From positions 13,849 through 77,848 of the forward strand of contig JBDRLN010000018.1 in the NCBI GenBank assembly GCA_043812955.1: a DNA stretch of 64,000 nt. The letters run 5' to 3'. The stretch is from Candidatus Omnitrophota bacterium (GTDB taxonomy: Bacteria; Omnitrophota; Gorgyraeia; Gygaellales; Profunditerraquicolaceae). The notes under the pieces were generated by a model that was not told the origin of the DNA, did not search any database, and saw only the letters and a program-made list of their open reading frames with translations. Below, in pieces: positions 45,901 through 57,900 of the stretch; the stretch's first letter is position 1; each line of letters begins with the position of its first letter. Made by a program: the position numbers and the translations under genes.

Positions 45901-48900
45901 TTCGGCTATTATTCCTGACATATTCCTTAATCTTATCTCCATCAGCCATTCTTTATCGAAACCTTCTTTAATCTTCTGTATCTTGCCTTTGTATTTGGGC
46001 GTTAAATCTAAACTCTGAGATAGTGATTTTTGGAAACCGCTGCAATCTTCTTCTGTAGGCTCAATAAAACGTATAAGGCCCTGTTTTTTCAGCTTATCTA
46101 AATGTTCAGTTAAGATAAGTTCGCCATCGGCTAATTTTATAATGATCCCATCTTTTAATAATCGTTTTATTTCTTGGGGAGTTCTTGCTTTACCATTTTT
46201 AGTGGTTATTAATTTCATGGGCTCTTCGCAGGTAAGCGGCCTAAAATTTTCCGGGGTAAAATTTCCCGGATCTGACCATTCGCCAATATGGTATAACAAT
46301 CTATCCTTAAGCCGCATTTCCTTAAAGTCTCTGTGCCCATCTTTTATTTTAGTTAGTTCAGGAGTAAAAAGCGTACCCTGAATTGATTTATAATACTTTG
46401 CAATATTCGGAGTCTGGATGGCCTCTATATTAATAAAGGAATCCAGGGCGTAAACATAATGTTTGGCTTCTTTTAGATCCCAAGTTGATCGAGGAATACT
46501 TAAATTATCGCCGCGGTCAAGCAATTTAATTGCCCTGGCATACTTGGAACTTGAGTGAAATATCCTGCTTATAAACTCCTCTTGAGTTTCACCTTTTCTT
46601 TGAGTGAGAATTAAGACTATATTCAATATAAAATAGGCTTTTCTAAACTGTAAAGTTTTAAAAAGAGCGAAACCAAGTTTAAGTATGAACCAACTTATTC
46701 TTTTTCCTGCATCTCTGTATTCTTCTATGGTATCGTGCAAGAGGATTACAGAAACAAAAACATCCAATTGTAGTTTTAGATTATCAATGTCCTGAAAGAT
46801 TCCTTTATCCTTAACAATTTTTGCAACCATACGTAGGAGGTGCATAAGATATGGCTCGCCAAGCGCCTGCCGAAATCCGGGATGAATCTTCTTGGCTATC
46901 TGATAGGAAACTTCGATAAGGTTAATATTAATCCCGGGAGACATAAGTGCCAGATTATCCTTTAGTGCATTAAATTGCTGATCAAGTTCTTGTTCAGTAT
47001 ATTCGCGCGGAGAATATTTCATAAGATAAACCGGTACGGAAATCCTGTCTTTCTCCCAAAATGTTGCCGTGCCCCTGACTACCTCCTTCATTTGCGGGAA
47101 AAAGCTAAACCATTTTTCAGCGGTAGTAAGTAAAAACCCGTTATTTTCAAGCCAATCAAGCATATTACTGGCAATGATAAAAGTCCGAATATGGCCGATT
47201 GGTTTTTGTTCTTTTTCAATCAGGTATTCATAAAAATTATAAAGAATAGCGTAAAACTTCTCCTCCCTTGGAACATCTAGTCGAATATCAATAAATTTAC
47301 GCACATCCTCTTTTATCTGATAAGTCCCCTCTTCTCTTAAATCAAAATAGCGCTTAAGTAGTACCCTGGTTGTCTCGGAGAGATAACGCTCTCTATTTAA
47401 GGTTTTAAAACAATCTACATGATAAATACCTTTTTTTGCTTTATTAAACGCCTTCTTATCGAAATCAAATACCGCAACTTTTAAAATATCGGGGGTAAGT
47501 TCTATTCCTTCCCAGGCCCCGGGATTTTCTCTTCTATCCTCTAGAAGCCAAATGACTACCTGGTGAGCCTCGGCAATAGTGGAAATACCGTATAATTCTC
47601 GTACTGAGCCAAAACTTAAAATTTTAATCTGCTCCCCTGGTTTTGCCTGCGCTAAACGCTTTCTAATTAAAGGAATAACATCTTCTTTAAACAAGCCCAT
47701 TACCTCTTTTCTTTCACCTATACCTACATTAAAGAAGCGATAAGGATACGATACTTCTTCCTTACCCTGAGCCCTCATCTCTTTCGGCACTCCCACTGCC
47801 GATTTTCTTCTATCCTGATTAACCGGCGAGCTAACCGAAAAATTGATTTGGGCTTGAGCGCGCGGAACAATAAATACACTCATATCCCCATAATAATATT
47901 CGGGTGAATCCTGTATTGTTCCAATTACTTTTATTACCTTAAGAATTTCTATATCTTTAGGATCTATATCAATATTTATTTCACTCAATTCATTTAGGCT
48001 AAACCTGCGGCTGTCTTTTTTACGTAAGAGCCAGGCAATCTCTCGGAGCAATTTGCTAAGGCTTTTTCTGTAGGAAATGCAAGAGATAATATCATCGAAA
48101 TCCTTTTCTTCAATCATCGTAAATTTATTGGATAAATTCATAATTGTTAAACAGTTTCTGCCTTGAAGATAAGATCCCCCTCGCTCAAAGGCATTCTTTA
48201 TGTCGTTTGCAGCCGCAGCAAACAAAAGTTTTAAACCATGGATGTCATCCCTGATAGCTAATCCACTAATCCAGCTTAGTTCCGTCTTTACGAGCATCTC
48301 TTCAATATTAGTCAGCCTTATGCTCGCCCTAAGGTCAAAGGCCCGGGCAATATATTTATCCACCGGGAATCTATCTCCTTTTATATTTATCAGGTAGCTT
48401 TTCTGGAATAAGGTGTTTAAAAAATCTTCCGCATATTGATATTCGTTTTTACCGATTAAGGCCTGAATAAGAAAAACATTTACAATAAATTCCCAATTAG
48501 GGGTTACATACTGACGTAATATTTGATCAAATTGAGAAACCTCCAATACCGTCCGATTAAGCTCATCGGCAATATCAAATCCGTGAGCATATAATCTACC
48601 GGACTGAAGAAAATCATCCAAGTAGGCTGCTTTTTCAAAAAGATATGCTACTCTGTCCTCTAGCGTCTGTGAAAACCTGATCGCAGAATTTAAATCTTTT
48701 AACCCCGCCTCAAAGTTACGCATCTTAAGATGGAAAAATGACCTTAAGTGGTAGCCCGCCGGGCATAGATCGATCTCGCCGATGATCTCCTCTGTTTTTT
48801 GAAAAGCCAAGGCAAACAGATCTTCACTCATATCGGCAACTTTTAAGTAATCAAGAATGGGCGCTATATCTTGAGGATCCCATAGAATCAATTCTTTAAG

Positions 48901-51900
48901 CCATTCTAAAGCTAATGAATAATTTCTCTCATATATTGCCGTCCCGACTGCATAATTCAACCTTTCCTTATACTTGTCCTCTACGGGCGAGCTGGAGAAC
49001 CCGGATATCTTTTCTAACAGTAGTTTTTCTAGACTATCCTCTTCTCTTAAAAGACTCCTTATCACCTTCTTAGATCTTTTCCTACGGTAGGCATCTGCTT
49101 TCAGGACTTCCTGCTCAGCTTCATCGCGTTTACCGGAAACATCCTCTAGAGTTTTGAGTCTATTTGAAGTATCAGGCGATTTTATCCCCTGCGTAACCTT
49201 TCTTAATTCGCTTAGGAAACCTACCTCTTCAATCATTTTCTTTGGATCGTTTTCTGCCTGCCAATCCTCAACCCAAGACATCTCAAAAAGCAATTTTACC
49301 TTAAAGTGCTTCCATAAAAATTTGTCTACCTCTGCCTTAACTTTATCTAACTGTTCCAGGAGATTTTTTGGATAAGGTAAGACTGTATTCCTTTCTATAA
49401 CTAAGTAAAATACTTCCGGAGGCTGCCTTACAATAGTAACCTGATAACCTAAATCCTGGTTATTGAAGAACCGGTCTAGGGCTAAATTTAACAATAATAT
49501 CAGGGTATTCCCCGCTTTATGGAAAAAGACTCCCTCAAAAGATTTAAAACCAAAAATATTTGATCCATCATTAGCTTTTCTGATTTGTCTGCTGCCTGAA
49601 GCCTTTATCATATTTTTAAGAGTATCCGGGTCATCGCTGGTATAAGCCGGGTTTAGCCTGCAAAGTGAAATATCTTTTTCAGCCTGGATAAGCTGGTCTC
49701 GTAGAATATAATATAAGGCAATACGCATGAATGAAGGATAAAGCTCTTCTCTTTTATAGGGCAGTCTTTTTAAACCCTGCCCTATCTGGGCTGATTCTTT
49801 AAACAATCCAGCTCTCTCTTCCTCAAAATCTGAATCGCCAATGCTTATTTCTGCTTCAGGAATTTCAACCGATTCCTCTATCAAAACATAAGGTTTATTA
49901 TTTTTGGCTATATCCTGAAGCATAGACCCGGCCTTAAGGATATTCTCGACTAATTCATCTATATTATTTTGCGAGGCAAAACTTGCTGCCCTGGCACCGC
50001 CTATAGGCAATAAAGGAACAGGGACAGGCAAATCAAATTTCCCTCTTAGCTTAAACTTATCTTCGGAATTAACCGCCAAAACTATCCTTTTTAAAGTTTC
50101 TCTCAAAGAATAAAGGCTTCCTCTTTCAAAAAATATAAAATATTTATTCTCTGCCCGGCTACCAACTAACACCGGAAGAATAATGACTTTTTTTACTGAT
50201 TCGGTTTCTTTAAGCTTAGTTATTACGTCCTCACTATTTCCTTTTAATATATCCAAAGACGCTATAGCGTATCTTCCTTTAAAATATTGCATCAGCTCAA
50301 AAAGAATAAGATAGGATATCCTCTCAACCTCTTCCTTCTTATATTTCTTAGGGCTGATACTCAAAATCTCATCGGCAACCAGATGCCTGGTGAATCCGCC
50401 AAACCTTTGCTCAACGCTATCGGCGATCTCTATTGCCTTATTAATTAAAAGATCCATAACCTCCCGGCCAAAGGTATTATTTCTATCGTAGAGTTTTTTC
50501 ATATCGCCAAATTTAACCCAGCAATCGCCCTCCTGCGCCAGGAACTCTTTTAATTCAGTCAGGGCAGTCGGCTTTATAACTCTCTTAAAGAAGGGAATTT
50601 CCTGCTCATAGCCCTCTTCCGCTTCTAACCATTCCACATATTGGCCTATGGCGCAATCTATCTCCTGCCGATACCTCAATTCAATCTCTGAAAGAGTATA
50701 CTTTGTCTTGATGCCATCTATAAAATCAAGCGCTTCTTTAAAAAATTCAAATTCTATTTCTTTTAATTTCTGATAACATTCCGCGGCTTTTTCACCGATT
50801 GTAGAATCAAAATCGTAGTAAGAAAGCTCCTGGAGTTCTCTAAAATAAATCATAACTTCATAGGTATTATCGGAAAATCTTTTGGTAATATCGTAAAGCA
50901 TTGCCACCTGGGGATCTATAAACTCATAATCAAACTCCAGATCTCCGAACTGAATAAGCCCAATACCTTGTTTTATATATTTGCGGTACAGGAGTGTGTT
51001 AATATATATTCTTAATTTGCTGGCAGGAGTAGCTATACTTGCCTGCAAACCATAGTTCTCAATAAATTCAGTATTATTCCTTATCTGCCGAAGGTTACTT
51101 TCTCTTGAGAAATTGATTAATCCAACCCTGACCAATATGCCTATTCCCTTAAGAATCCTTATCGCTTCTCTATTTTGTTCAGGTATTATTCCTTTAGTGA
51201 AATATTTCAACTGGCCAGAATCATTACTCTCAACCCCTAAAAATACTTGCTTAAGGCCTGCCTTTTTCAATAACTCAAACACCTCTCTGCTATCTTCGGT
51301 TACAGCATCGGAACGCGTAAGTATCCAGAAATTTATCCTTAGGCCTCTTTTAATAATTTCATCGGCTATTCCCCTGGCTCTTTCAGGCTGATTACCGATA
51401 AAATCATCATCAACAAAATCTATTCCGGTTATCCCGACTTTTATGAGGTATTCTATTTCATCCACTACTCTTATGGCTGAACGGTGACGCCAGAATAAAT
51501 CCTTGGCCCGAATTAAAGAATTCTCGCGGTTGATACAATGGGCTTCATCAAAAAATTTATGTATGCCGCAAAAGGCGCAAGACCCAGGACAGCCGCGGGA
51601 AGAATCTAACTGGGCTATCTTGGCAAACCTGTCCGTTTTATCATGAACTATTGACCAATCCAAAGGAGGTAATTTATCCAGGTCTTCCGTGGTCAGAACA
51701 TAGCGGGGATTACTGACGATTTCGCCTTGCTGGTTTCTATAAATCACATTTTCTACGCCTTCTAAATCCTGCCTTTCTGATAATTGCTTTATAGCCTTTA
51801 CAAAAGCCAATTCTCCCTCCCCAGCCACAATAAAATCAATATCCGGGAATTCCTTCAAGAAATTGTCTTTGGAAATACTAGGTAAATAGCCACCGGCTGA

Positions 51901-54900
51901 GATGAAAAACTTTCTATTGCTTTTTAATTCTTTAGGCAGGAGACTAAGGAAATTTGTAAGATACGCCTTGTCAGCCGGAAATAAGCTTAAACCCAGGAAT
52001 ATCTCTTCTTGCGGATATTTTACCGAAAGAGCTACAACCTTGTTGGCTAAAGCTTCTGCGGATAAATTAAGCTTATTGGCATCAATAAATTCTACCGCGA
52101 TATCATTTGCTTTTAAGGAGGCGCTGATTCTGGCGAGGCCTAAAGGTTTAACGCTTCTAAGGGAGGCGTGATCGGGATTTATTAAGATAACTACGGGGCT
52201 TGAGGATGGCGGCGCATGCGCAAAAAATCCTTTTTTCTCATTCAACAGCTGATTTAAAAATCCCTCTAAAATAGGGGACGTTTCTATTTTCCTTTGCGCC
52301 GGGGAGCTGGATTTTCTGGCAGTAACTAGGTATTTATTCTCTAGGCTTACCTGTGAATAATGATATACTGCGGGATAGTCTACAGGTATATTCTTACCCT
52401 TAAATAATCTAACGCTGGATGCTTCAAAACCAGCCCCTTTTATAATAACAGCTATCTCTTCGGCTTGAAACCCGTTATCCCGGTCATTGTCCACACTCAT
52501 AAACGCAACTCCGCCTCCGAGGCTGCATACCCGTAAAGACTCCTGTAAAGCTTCTTTTATTGATCCCAATCCTACAGTAGGATTAGGATAATTCAAGGTG
52601 ATAAGGTTAAAGGTGCCATCCCGGAATTCAAGACAGGACCAGTTCATATTCCATATTAAAACAAGGTTCTTCTCCGCAGCAAAGCCGGATAATATCTTTT
52701 CACCGTCATTATCAATGCAAGTAAAACGCGCTCTTTTCCCCCACAGCGTATACCTGGCATCCCTGGCAAAATCGCCAAACCCCGCCCCGATGTCTAAACC
52801 CCAGAGCAAACGCAAGCCCGTATACCTAAGAATATGGTTACAAAATTCGGTGAAAATATTCCAGCCTGCTTTGCCTCTTTTAATTTCAATCCGCTGGTTA
52901 ATTACATACGCTGCCTGCCTGATAAACTCCTGCTTACGGGGGTCGCTTTCGCTTGCCAGAAGAGACTCTAACTCTCCAAGGACGCTCCTACCGACTAAAT
53001 CCACCAAACAAATCATCGCCCGATGGTAAACATATGGCATATCGCTGGATAAAAACAGCTCCAGAAGAATATGTTTAACCTTACTCTTTTGAGTAGAAAC
53101 CTCTCTTTCGCAAATAGCCGCAATCGCATCAATTGATTTTTGCCTAAATGAAAACACGGGATAACTGGCAAATCCGGCAAGAGTACTAAAAGAACCAATG
53201 CTACCGCAATGCTTGAGAGCGTTAATAAATTCCAAAGTTAAGTTAAAATATTTAGAGAAATTACCATCTCTATGTATAGCCTCAAGCGCTTTTAATAACA
53301 CCGCCTCTAAACTAAGGTCTACGCCTTTTACTATAGCAATTTTAGGTATAACAACTTCAAGATACTGTAATTTTTTGATATTCATCCGCACCAGCCCGGA
53401 GGGATTCCTTAAAAAATTTTCCAAAACCGGCGAGGCGGAAGTTTTTTGGACATTTTGTCTAAGGAAATCGGCGAACTGCTTTATTAATCTCCCTTCCCTG
53501 AAGAATCCCAGAAAAATTTTTCCGCTAAGCTGATTATCAATATTATCCCCTAACTCAAGGTATTTATAAGCATTGTCTTTACTTAAAATAAAGTAGCGCG
53601 GAGCAAAGCTCAACAGGACAAGATTTGATAACAAACAGGCGGTACGCTTATTACCTGCAGCAAATAGCTTAAGATGGGTTAATTTAACAAAGCATCCGGC
53701 AGCCAGCAAAAACGACGAGTCAGGACCTAAATTATTTCTGTAATTTCTCATAAACCAATTGGCAAACCTCCTGACTGAGCGGGTAGCGCCTTTATGGTTA
53801 ACCTCTCCGGCAGGCCTAATTGCCAGATTTAATTGATTTAAGAACACGCTAAATTCACCCGCATCCTTAAACTTGGTTTCAATATAATTATTAATGAATT
53901 TACATCCAACAATAAATCCGGCAATTATTTTTATATCCGGGCTAAAGTGTTTAAAAAGTAAATTTTTAGCGCCTTGATTAATCTCCGGCCAACTAATTGA
54001 TAATTCGCTAAGCTTATCGAAAACCAATCCTAAATCTATTCTTCCTTTGAGCGAACCCGCAGAGAGCATACTAAAACAAAAATTACTAATCGCGCGCAAG
54101 GTTCTTTCATCTTTTCTCCGTAACGCGCTTTCGTGATCAACGCCTTCAATTCTTCTTACTGCCGGCATGCCAGTATCCTCGGGATCAAAACTGATCAATT
54201 CAGTTATGCCGTCCGTATTTGGGGTAGCTAAATGATCAAATATTTTTCCAATCAGCCCTTTCTTCACTTCGGGAATAATCCTGCCTTCTTTAGTAAAAGT
54301 ACTGATGATTAATGCTTCCCCTTTTCCCCAATGCCTAAGCCTCTTTTGAATATCTTCTAAAAGGGCCGTATTCTCCGGCCTCCCCTTTATAAGCTGGCGG
54401 TGTATTCCCTTGCGAGGATCCCTTATCTTAGCTAAAGAAAGTAAATCCCAAAATAAAGGCATCTGCAACCTCATCCATCGAGATATTCCTTTACTGAAAG
54501 AGAACGCCGGATTAACCAGCACTAATCCATCCACCCCTTTATTTTTTAAAAATTCGCTGTTATAGGAGGCTAAAACCCCTCCGAAACTTTCGCCGATTAC
54601 TATTATCTTAGGATCTTTAGGATAAGGTTGAGTTTCAAAAATTCGCTCCATTATCGGGATAAAAATACTTTGGCTTATATCTTGAATGTTCATGAGTATA
54701 TTCTTTGGCTTAAAGTCAGCGTGAGGAAAAGAGATTACCGCAAATCCCAGCCCTAAAAAATACCTTAAGAATGAATCTTCCTGCCAAGAGATAAGATCGT
54801 AGTAGGGTAGATATAGCTGGCGCATCTTAGGGCGAAAGATAGACCGCAGGAAATTATAGGCATCCAACACCCTCTTACCGTGAACATATATTATAGTTAT

Positions 54901-57900
54901 GCCGACAGGGTTAGCCGGCGAGGCTATTCGAAATATAAACTTTTTTCCCGAGACTTCAAATTTATACGGATAAGGTAACGCTTCAGCTTTTTCGCCCTCC
55001 AGCGGCGAGCTACCTAATTTATGGGAGTTGGAGCAGCTACTAATTTTTTGATTATTTTCTTTCCTTTGCGCAATTTCATCCAAAATGGTTAAATTATTCT
55101 TAAAAGAAGGATTTTCTAAAAAGCTCATTTCTTTGGCTTTCATAACTAAAATAGCTGTTAAATCCGGATTTACTGATATATTTTTATAGGCAAACCCGCC
55201 TACACATTCAATCGGCAACCTACCATTAATAAACCAATATTTACCTTTCCTCGCAGGCACAAGGCCTTTTTCTTTCAAGCCAGTCCTGTTAAATAATAAA
55301 GTTACTTCTTTACTGCGTAAATAACGGTCATCATCGTCTTCCCAAGAATCAAATAACCAAACATCTAACATATACCCGCTATTTAAAAATTTTACGAGAG
55401 ACTCTTCGTCGGTGTTATGAAAAAAATATTCGATAGATCTATGTAATTGAGCGCTATTTAAAATACCCCCGTCATTTACCGGCGAGCTGGAAGATTGTTT
55501 CTTGAGTTCATTCCAATCAATTGTTTCCCGGCCTCCGGTTTCTTTAATGGTCAGCAGGTGCTTAGACTGTATTGCTGCTGTAAGAAGGCCGCTCAAAACC
55601 TCAATTCTCTTTATCAAACGCGGCATTACCTCGATAAAGCTCGCAACATCATATGTCTCTTTCAGGGTAGCAACCGTTAACCAAATCATTTGAGCCGTAA
55701 CACCCAAATCCAACGAAGAATCCCAAAGTAACGGCAAATCCCGTTTAGCCTGCTCCAGGAAGCTCGCCTGGCCATTGCCTAAATCTGTTCCGCTTGCCAT
55801 TAATCGAATAGCGTCTTTAATTTCATCGGCGTTTTTCTCGACTTCTTCGCAAAGCGAGACAGATTTAACCTGCAAAACGCTATTCTTAATTCTAACTACC
55901 TGTTTATTCAAACCATCCACAAAGGCCTGGAGTTTAGTAAATTCCTCATCGGAAAGCGGCGAGGCGGCGGAATATGTAATATTGACAATTGGACTGGCTG
56001 AAAATACGGTAGGGCTTGAAGGAATAACTAAAGGAGATAATTGTGGTTTTGGCCCTGCCCGGGCAGGATTTATCGTATTTGAGTTAAGTAGGGGTAATAT
56101 TATATTTTGCGGATTAATTACATTAACAATTGGGCTACTATTAGCTATGTCTATTGCCAACCGGGTTGCTACTGAAGCGCCGCACGGTCTCTTGGAATAA
56201 AAAGTAGAATTTCTAGATTGCTCTAGCGGCAGATTGGAATGGCTGGCTGCCAATGGACTTGAGCCGGATGAGTTCTTGGAAAGCATACTATTCGTAAGTT
56301 CGAGCTTAATAAATACTGCCTGTTTATCCTCAGCTTGCTCTAAACTATCATACTTTCTTTTTGCGCCAGAATGAACGATGATTTTATAAATCCGCCCTAA
56401 CTTAAATTCCCCTATTGTAAGGCTTGAAATAGGGATATAGGCCACGCCATAATCGCCTTCTTCGCTGATTGTATACATCCAGGGATTACGGCCAAGGTCG
56501 ACATCTGAAATATTACAAATCCAAACTTCATCTTCATCTAACAAACTGACAAAAATGTTTATTCCTGCCTGCGTCTTGGGAAAGATAATTTTTAAAAATT
56601 TATAGCGGCGTAAATCCTTAAATGGTTCATCATTTCCATTTTCATCTTTCGGGCTATTCTTCCAGCAAGAGAACTCTCCATTTTTGGACGCTGTATCATC
56701 AAATCCTTTGGCAATAATTTTTGCCGGCAGAAGAGCTTTAGCTGATTCCCCGCGTGCCACATTAACAATAGCAGGATACTTAAAAGCCACTGCTCCAACA
56801 ATTACGGCCTTTAAAAGCTGTCTGCGGGTTAAGACCTTTGAATTAAATGAATCAGTGCCAAAACTAAGCGGCGAGGCGACGGATGGCGAACTGCTTACAC
56901 GCGCAGGCGAGCTGGCGACGTAAGCGCCCTGAGATTCATTTCCGTAATATTTGCCAAAGGCAAGAATAAAACTCGTCCTTATATTCTCCAGATATCTCCG
57001 GCAGGGCGATAACCAATACTCTTTGTCCCGACTCTGCCAATACTGTTTCTGGGGTGAATCTATCAAAGTTATATAATCAAATTTAAACCCGTTTTCTTTT
57101 AACTTCTTCAGGAAATTATCTATCACTTCAGGCAGGTTTTTTGGATTCACATACTGAAGCGCATCCAGGTCTATACTCAACACACGGTAAATGCGCGGCG
57201 AGGAAATCTTTTCTTCTGGCGGGTGTAACGCAGTAAAACTCAAGGCGGTTTCGGTTATCCTGCGCTGCATTAACACTCTCCCCCCCGGCATATTTTCCTG
57301 TATATCGATAAGAAATCTTCCACTGCTCTTCATATCTACGCTCACCGGCCAATATCCACGACGGGTATTAACCAACATTGCTTCTAATACAATATTATCC
57401 CGGTAGAAGTTACTGCCAGTAATAGGCAAATCATATAACTTCACTAAAGTGCCCTCGATCACCAGAGGACCTATCCATAACCCAGGGGAACGCATTCTGG
57501 CATAATGACGTATTGTCTCTATGTCCGCCGGATTAATAAAGTAAGGGCATTGTTTAAGCTCTCCGTTTAACCAGCGCTCCAGGAGTTCCCGGTGTCGGAA
57601 ATACCGGTCGTTTCGTATGTCAAGACGTTCATTCTCAACCCGGCCTTCGTCAACCCATCTAAAAAATGCCATTTCTTTCGTTTTCTTATCCAGTAGTTCA
57701 TGCAACAATGGCGGAGTAGGAGCCCCCGGATTTCTGTCGTCATGCTGATCCGTGTTGTAAACCACAAAAACACCACCCTCTCTCAGTCTTATTTCGGTAA
57801 GAAGGCCGTATAAAAGATTATGGTCTGCGAAAGAGAATACGGATATCCCATTACATTGATAGAGCTTGATATCATTTCCGTAGGGGCAAGGGAGTTCTAT

